Source: an uncultured Macromonas sp. | GTDB taxonomy: Bacteria > Pseudomonadota > Gammaproteobacteria > Burkholderiales > Burkholderiaceae_C | Assembly: GCA_964610405.1 (NCBI GenBank) | Contig: CAZSZN010000001.1 | Coordinates: 1-40,962 of the forward strand | Length of the DNA: 40,962 nucleotides | Reading direction: 5' to 3' | Program-made: the position numbers and the translations under genes | The notes under the pieces: generated by a model | Database searches by the model: none | Told to the model about the DNA's origin: nothing | Seen by the model: only the letters and a program-made list of their open reading frames with translations | In this document: positions 36,038 to 40,962 of the stretch, piece after piece | Layout of the letters: every line of letters begins with the position of its first letter | Position numbering within the stretch: position 1 is the first letter of the stretch

Positions 36038-37259
36038 AAAAATTCGGCTGCTGAATGTATCCATCGGTGACACCGAGAACGCAGGACAGTTGATAAGGGC
36101 ATCCACATACGAATTTCGCTATCTGCGGCCTGAAACCCACCAACCTTCGGTGGCATTGCTCATGCCACCCGGCAAGAGCCTGACCTGGCAGGACGGAGAC
36201 CTGTTTCCCCCCATGGACCAAAATCTTCCCGAAGGCGATTTGTTCATGAGGATTCGGGAGCTTTTCCCGAAACAGCCCATGACCCCCATGCACATGCTGG
36301 CACTGGTGGGGCGCAATGGCATTGGTCGTCTGGGCTACAGCTTGCCCGACCAAAGCGCGGCACCTTTGCCGCAAACGCTGAGTAAAAGCGAGCTGCTGAA
36401 AACGGCCTACACCCCGGCGGTGTTCAATGATCTGGTCGCCGCCTACTTGAGCACCGGGGCGGGCATTGCCGGCATGCAGCCCAAAATCATGGTGCCCGAC
36501 CGGCCCACCGTGCCGATTCCATCGCTCATCGTCAAGGCCGCCAGCGCGGCGTACCCGGGGCTGGCCGCGAACGAATTCCTGTGCCTGACCGCTGCCCAAA
36601 AAGCCGGCATAGAGACGCCGTTGTTTGCCCTCTCTGACGACGGGCAGATGCTGGTGCTGGACCGGTTCGACCTGGTCGTTCACGACGACGGCCAAGTGGA
36701 GCGGCTGGGCTTCGAGGACATCGCCGCCTTGGCTGGCCTGCGAGTGCGCGACATCTTGTCAGACCGCAAGTACCAAGGCAGCTACCAGCGCATTGCCGAG
36801 TTGCTGCGTCAACTCCAACTGCACAGCGACAACCTGCACCGCTTTTTCGAGCAGGTGGCGTTTTCCATCATGGTGCGCAACGGTGACGCGCACCTGAAGA
36901 ACTTCGGGCTGCTCTACCGCTCGCCCGAACACATCTGGCTGGCCCCCATGTTCGATGTGGTGACCACCAGCATCTACAAGTACGCCCAATCACCAGGTGG
37001 CCCGCTGCTGGAAGACCGCACGCTCGCGCTCAAGTTGTATGCAGGCAAGCACCAGACCAAGGCCTATCCCACGACCGAAGAATTACTGGATTTCGGACGC
37101 AGGCTATGCGGCGTGGCACAGCCAGCCCTGGTACTTGAGCGCATTGCGCAGGGTATGCAAAAAACCATGGAAGAAGCGATAGGGGACCCGCGAATCCCGA
37201 AAGAGCTGTTGGCGCAAATGGCACAGGCGTGGGAATCGGGCTATGCCTACGCCAAATAG
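36027..37259 (+). CDS. hipA: HipA-family Ser/Thr kinase toxin (type II TA)
   Basis: N-terminal HipA-coupling-like domain (LLNVSIGDTENAGQL), P-loop-like GIAGMQPKIMV, catalytic loop NGDAHLKNFGLLY, and Mg-binding PMFDVVTT. ATG at 36027. Confidence 0.88.
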   Translation: MLPEKIRLLNVSIGDTENAGQLIRASTYEFRYLRPETHQPSVALLMPPGKSLTWQDGDLFPPMDQNLPEGDLFMRIRELFPKQPMTPMHMLALVGRNGIGRLGYSLPDQSAAPLPQTLSKSELLKTAYTPAVFNDLVAAYLSTGAGIAGMQPKIMVPDRPTVPIPSLIVKAASAAYPGLAANEFLCLTAAQKAGIETPLFALSDDGQMLVLDRFDLVVHDDGQVERLGFEDIAALAGLRVRDILSDRKYQGSYQRIAELLRQLQLHSDNLHRFFEQVAFSIMVRNGDAHLKNFGLLYRSPEHIWLAPMFDVVTTSIYKYAQSPGGPLLEDRTLALKLYAGKHQTKAYPTTEELLDFGRRLCGVAQPALVLERIAQGMQKTMEEAIGDPRIPKELLAQMAQAWESGYAYAK

Positions 37260-37480
37260 TCTTGGAGGCAACGGCGTTGCTCCCTGACAAAAGTGTCGTC
37301 TGTGCGTTGCTCCGGCGCCTTGGCCACCGAGGGCAAAGCCTGGCTTCTGAGCCGAAATGTCAGCGGCAGTCCCCTACCACGCTCGGTCGCCCTCACGCAG
37401 TTGCCCTTCACTTTGCTCACTGTGACCAGCTCGCAGCGGGACTTGCACCCGCAGGTGTGCGGCGATACTGGACTCAGGCA

Positions 37481-37510
37481 ACAAAAAAGCCAGTCGGCGA
37501 ACCGACTGGC
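37481..37510 (-). terminator. Rho-independent terminator (UUCG tetraloop) of porin 1
   Basis: The minus strand reads GCCAGUCGG-UUCG-CCGACUGGC followed by UUUUUUGUUG, ~40 nt after the porin stop. Confidence 0.8.
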
Positions 37511-37549
37511 TTTAAGAAGTCTGATCAAACAGCCTTGCGGCTGCAATCA

Positions 37550-38530
37550 TCAGAAGTCGTGGCGGATACCCACAGCGTACTTTTTGGTACCAGACTTCAG
37601 ACCAGTAGCAATCGTCTTGGTCTTGACGTCGCTGTAACCAGCGTAAGCAGTCGTACGCTTGGACAACGAATAGGTCACGCCCATACCGAAACCGCTCAGG
37701 TCAGTAATCTTGGCACCGGCCTTGCTTTCAGTCTTGCCGTCGCGCAGACCAACGGAGAACTTGAAAGCACCCATCGGAACAGTGACACCCAGATTCAGGC
37801 CGCTTGCATCGGTACCAGTACCATCTGCATCGAACGTAGCGTAGCCAGCAGAAATAGAGGCAACGCCGAAGTCGTACGCACCAGAAATCATGGTGTTATC
37901 ACCAGTTGCAGCAGCTTCAAAGCCGACGCCAACCTTCAAAGGACCACCAGCATAAGTCGCGCTCAGGGCGCTGACATTCTTGGCTGCAGCCTCTTTCAAA
38001 GAAACGCTACCTGCAACGGTAATGCCAGCAAAAGTTGGGGACACGTACTTCACCAAGTTAGCGCCACGCACGGTATAGGCAGGCTGTGCAGTCGGGGTGA
38101 AAGCCGAGTCAAACACACTGCTACCAATAGACATCGCTTTGATGCCGTCGTAAACGGTGTATGTGCGGCCCAAGTGAAGGGTACCAAAGCCACCAGTCAG
38201 GCCGACATAGGCATCACCGTTGAAGCCTTCAGCGAGTCCGCTTGCGCTAGTAACCGCACCGTCGTCGACGTTGAAACGCTGTTCCAGCACGAAAACAGCT
38301 TTCAGGCCGCCACCAAGATCTTCAACACCACGCAGACCCCAACGGCTACCCGTCAAACCGCCGTCGCTGCCATTGAAGACTTTGGTTTGCGACGGGGCTT
38401 TCACGCCATTGGTCGTCACGGTCTCGCTACCGATGGAAGCATCAACACGGCCGTACACGGTCACAGAAGACTGGGCCATGGCGGCGCCAGAAGCGGCCAG
38501 AACGGCCAGAGCAATCAGGCTCTTTTTCAT
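37550..38530 (-). CDS. Gram-negative trimeric porin (Omp32/OmpC-like), paralog 1
   Basis: Signal peptide MKKSLIALAVLAASGAAMA|QSSVTVYGRVD, alternating beta-strand pattern, GSRWGLRG, and C-terminal ...YAVGIRHDF. AGGAGA lies 7 nt before the ATG. Codon usage is T-ending (GGT/GCT/ACC), unlike the neighbouring genes. Confidence 0.9.
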   Translation of the reverse strand: MKKSLIALAVLAASGAAMAQSSVTVYGRVDASIGSETVTTNGVKAPSQTKVFNGSDGGLTGSRWGLRGVEDLGGGLKAVFVLEQRFNVDDGAVTSASGLAEGFNGDAYVGLTGGFGTLHLGRTYTVYDGIKAMSIGSSVFDSAFTPTAQPAYTVRGANLVKYVSPTFAGITVAGSVSLKEAAAKNVSALSATYAGGPLKVGVGFEAAATGDNTMISGAYDFGVASISAGYATFDADGTGTDASGLNLGVTVPMGAFKFSVGLRDGKTESKAGAKITDLSGFGMGVTYSLSKRTTAYAGYSDVKTKTIATGLKSGTKKYAVGIRHDF

Positions 38531-38730
38531 TTGAGGGTTCTCCTAGGTTTGAAACGACTTCGGTATGAAGGACAGGCCTTGCAACCTGACTTCCGTCATC
38601 CGGAAGCTGAAGCCATTAAACCAGAGGGACACCCGTAAACCCATCCGTACTGGCCGCACGGATGGGTTTTGGTTGCGTTTATGCAACACATTGGGCACCA
38701 AAACCGTGCCCAGTTTCGGGTTTACCCGAA

Positions 38731-39816
38731 TCAGAAGTCGTGGCGGACACCTGCGGCGTACAGGCGGTTTTCGGTGCGCTTGATCCCTGCGGCGTCTTTC
38801 GTGGCGTAGTCACGATAGCCAGCGTACAGACGGGTGCGCTTGGACAGCGAGTAAGTCACACCCAAACCAAAGCCAGATGCCTTGGCAACGGTTGCCCCTG
38901 CTTCTTTCACTTTGGCACTGGCGTAACCGCCTGAGAATGCAAAGGCACCCATTGGCACCGTCAAGCCCAGGGTGTACTCGTTGTCCTTGCCATCGGTAAC
39001 GGTGGCATTGTTGGCCACAGCGGTATCGCCACAGCGGCGGTTGTATCCACCAGAAACGCGCACCACGCCAAAGTCGTATGCACCGGACAGCGAGGTGTAC
39101 TTGCGGTCGTTTACGGCGCTGGTTGGATTGGAGTACATGTCCTCTTTAGAATAGCCGACCGCGACATCCTGCGGGCCTTGCTTGTAGCGGACCATCAGAG
39201 CGGTATTTCTGACGCCGTTTTTGGTGACATCGGCATCCACCAATTTTTCGTCCATGGCGTAGTTGACGCCAAAGGTGAAGCCTGAGAAGTTCGGCGACTC
39301 GTAACGGATCATGTTGGCGGCACGGCCGCTGTAATCGTTCGACGAGCTGACACCGGTACCCGTGCGGTTGACACGGTAGACGTTGCTGGTGGGCGTAAAC
39401 GCCGAGTCAAACACGTTTGGGCTGATGGCGATGGCCCGGACAACATCCAACACAGTGGTCATGCGCCCCAGCTTGACGGCACCAAAACCGCCAGTCAAGC
39501 CCACGAAAGCGTCGCCACCAAAGTACGGATCGGCTGCCACACCGGTGTCAATGCTGAAACGGTTTTCGAGCTTGAAAATGGCTTTCAGACCACCGCCCAG
39601 GTCTTCGGTGCCGATCAGGCCCCAGCGGCTGCCAGTCAGGCCGCCGTCGCTACCGTTGAATTGCTTGGCTTGACTCAATTCGCTGGTGACGCTGCCGTCA
39701 GCGGCGCGGACTGTGGCTTTTTCGTTGCCCACAGACGCATTCACACGGCCGTAGATGGTGACGGAGGATTGCGCCACAACGGCGCTAGAAGCGGCCAGCA
39801 CGGCCAGGCCAATCAA
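38731..39816 (-). CDS. Gram-negative porin paralog 2; the N-terminus is offset by 1 nt from the SD-preceded ATG at 39827 (possible frameshift or pseudogene)
   Basis: The body is a clear porin (QSSVTIYGRVNASVG..., GSRWGLIG, ...YAAGVRHDF). The listed ORF starts at TTG 39816 (MIGLAVLAASS), which lacks the Lys-rich n-region. ATG 39827, with GGAG 6 nt upstream, reads MKKS-stop in another frame. Confidence 0.8.
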   Translation of the reverse strand: MIGLAVLAASSAVVAQSSVTIYGRVNASVGNEKATVRAADGSVTSELSQAKQFNGSDGGLTGSRWGLIGTEDLGGGLKAIFKLENRFSIDTGVAADPYFGGDAFVGLTGGFGAVKLGRMTTVLDVVRAIAISPNVFDSAFTPTSNVYRVNRTGTGVSSSNDYSGRAANMIRYESPNFSGFTFGVNYAMDEKLVDADVTKNGVRNTALMVRYKQGPQDVAVGYSKEDMYSNPTSAVNDRKYTSLSGAYDFGVVRVSGGYNRRCGDTAVANNATVTDGKDNEYTLGLTVPMGAFAFSGGYASAKVKEAGATVAKASGFGLGVTYSLSKRTRLYAGYRDYATKDAAGIKRTENRLYAAGVRHDF

Positions 39817-39950
39817 CTTTTCTTCATGAGAGACTCCATTGGTAAAACGTCAAATCAACCCCGGTTGTTTGGGGCTGAATGGATTGCCGCAAGCTCGCAT
39901 GACAGACGGAAGTCAACTGGGGTTAGCCCGCAATTTTGTTGCGAATGGAC

Positions 39951-39980
39951 AACAAAAAGCCAGCCGGCGAACCGACTGGC
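39951..39980 (-). terminator. Rho-independent terminator (UUCG tetraloop) of porin 3
   Basis: The minus strand reads GCCAGUCGG-UUCG-CCGGCUGGC followed by UUUUUGUUG. It is nearly identical to the porin 1 terminator. Confidence 0.8.
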
Positions 39981-40021
39981 TTTGAACGCTTCAAGTTCAA
40001 GCAGGCTAGGCCTGCATTGAA

Positions 40022-40962
40022 TTAGAAAGTGTGCTTCAGGCCTACAGCGTAGATGTTGGTTTTCAAAGTGTTGACAACCGGGGTGTCTTGGAACTTGGTG
40101 TTGTTCAGACCAGCGTACACAGTCGTGCGCTTAGACAGCGTGTATGCAACAGCAGCGCCGAAACTGCTGGCTTTACCGACTTTGACGCCATTGAATTTAT
40201 CTGACGAACGCGCATAGCCGACAGACAAAGTCAGATTGGAAGCCAACGGAACATCCGCGCCGATTTCCCATTCAGTCGTTTTGTCAACAGCGCCAACGAC
40301 GTCAAACTTGGCGCTACCATAGCTCGCCAAAAGTTTGGCAACACCAAAGTCATAAGAACCAGCAACGCGCAACGCGCTATCTTGCTCATTCAATGCGCCA
40401 ATGATACCGTCGTCGCCCTTGGCGTAACCAATACCAACGGTCAGAGGGCCGTCGACGTACTTACCGCTAATGGAATAGAAGCTTGCAGCGTCCTTAACAC
40501 CAACAGCCTTGTCTTCACCAAGCGAGTAACTAAAAGCACCGCTGAAGCCACCAAACGCAGGGGTAGAGTACTTGATAGTGTTAGCAAATGCGTCCGCAGC
40601 CCAGCTACTAGCGAACACGTTGTTGATCGGCGCCAGATCCGAATCAAAAACTGTTGCAGACATACCACTCACGTCGTCAAACGCGCTATACGCCTTACCC
40701 ACTTGGACTTCACCAAAGCCACCGGACAAACCAACCCATGCTTGACGCCCAAAGGCAGACCCGGCGGACGCCAAAGTGCCGTCGTCGATGTTAAAACCCT
40801 GTTCAAGTTGGAAGTTGGCTTTCAAGCCACCACCCAAATCTTCAGAGCCCTTGAAACCAAAGCGACTGTTGCTGATGCCGCCATCTTGCAAAACGGTTTG
40901 CGAAACAACCTTCACACCATTCAACTTTGCACTAGCACTACCAAACCAAATGTCAGCAATAC
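40022..40962 (-). CDS. Gram-negative porin paralog 3 (5' end outside the window)
   Basis: The frame stays open to the window edge (...IADIWFGSASAKLNGVKVV...). It has NSRFGFKGSEDLGGGLKA and the C-terminal ...IYAVGLKHTF. Confidence 0.9.
   Translation of the reverse strand, partial: IADIWFGSASAKLNGVKVVSQTVLQDGGISNSRFGFKGSEDLGGGLKANFQLEQGFNIDDGTLASAGSAFGRQAWVGLSGGFGEVQVGKAYSAFDDVSGMSATVFDSDLAPINNVFASSWAADAFANTIKYSTPAFGGFSGAFSYSLGEDKAVGVKDAASFYSISGKYVDGPLTVGIGYAKGDDGIIGALNEQDSALRVAGSYDFGVAKLLASYGSAKFDVVGAVDKTTEWEIGADVPLASNLTLSVGYARSSDKFNGVKVGKASSFGAAVAYTLSKRTTVYAGLNNTKFQDTPVVNTLKTNIYAVGLKHTF

Noticed and set aside
37429-37452. A tRNA 3'-end-like element on the minus strand (GCGGG-TGCAAGT-CCCGC followed by a 7-nt acceptor-like TGCGAGC), which could be an island att remnant.
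   Set aside because: There is no complementary 5' acceptor strand, D-arm or anticodon arm. The loop has G where the invariant U55 should be, and there is no CCA. A 5-bp stem with a 7-nt loop is expected by chance in GC-rich DNA. Only a match to a real tRNA gene elsewhere in the genome would revive it.
38587-38598. A shared TGACTTCCGTC motif upstream of porin 1 (38587-38598, plus strand) and porin 2 (39900-39915, opposite strand), which could be a common regulator site.
   Set aside because: Only ~11 nt are shared, in opposite orientation relative to the genes and at different distances from the start codons. The porin 1 copy is also explained by a local hairpin (CTTCCG-TCATC-CGGAAG). The evidence is too weak without comparative data.
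1-40962. Searched for CRISPR arrays, rRNA or tRNA genes, IS elements or inverted terminal repeats, integrases and phage genes.
   Set aside because: I found no regularly spaced direct repeats, no cloverleaf-capable sequences in the intergenic regions, and no transposase-, integrase- or phage-like translations in any frame.

Overview
This is a high-GC chromosomal segment. From Bug-family binding proteins, Omp32-like porins and overall gene content I infer a betaproteobacterium, probably Burkholderiales/Comamonadaceae. I can support about 40 protein genes. I found no rRNA, tRNA, CRISPR array, transposase or integrase.

Gene content, left to right:
- ileS (5'-partial), lspA, and a small exported protein.
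- qor, divergent from an EamA transporter.
- A minus-strand run: tatD, hypoxanthine-DNA glycosylase, spermidine-synthase-like methyltransferase, EamA, SDR.
- A membrane GGDEF cyclase coupled to an SDR, then a periplasmic histidine phosphatase.
- A thiolase.
- A RavA/ViaA-type MoxR AAA+ plus VWA pair.
- A Bug binding protein and a 2OG-Fe dioxygenase.
- DUF2189, a 92-aa orphan, and DUF411/CopG.
- A membrane-anchored orphan TAXI protein, then coq7.
- A minus-strand osmC, BNR-repeat protein, MoaD-like trio.
- An OmpR-type two-component pair, ampG, an M48 protease and an MBL hydrolase.
- A LysR-controlled D-amino-acid/amide module: DadA-like oxidoreductase, divergent from Bug, amidase and dsdA.
- A 5'-truncated DUF480 remnant, then hipBA.
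- Three tandem porin paralogs, the last running off the window.

The leads I consider most worth follow-up:
- The 450-nt lower-GC noncoding hub at 23.40-23.85 kb. It holds a near-consensus promoter, a 20-nt perfect palindrome, and two convergent terminator-bounded RNAs.
- The cytoplasmic BNR-repeat protein plus GG-terminated MoaD-like pair, which has no E1 or JAB partner in the window.
- The RavA/ViaA pair in a non-enterobacterial context.
- The rearrangement scar (truncated DUF480), followed by hipBA with an apparently leaderless promoter.
- The porin array, whose middle copy has a 1-nt frame offset in an A-run at codon 4.

Nothing here can be called a new system from sequence alone. Every functional call is by motif and recalled family similarity, not by database search.
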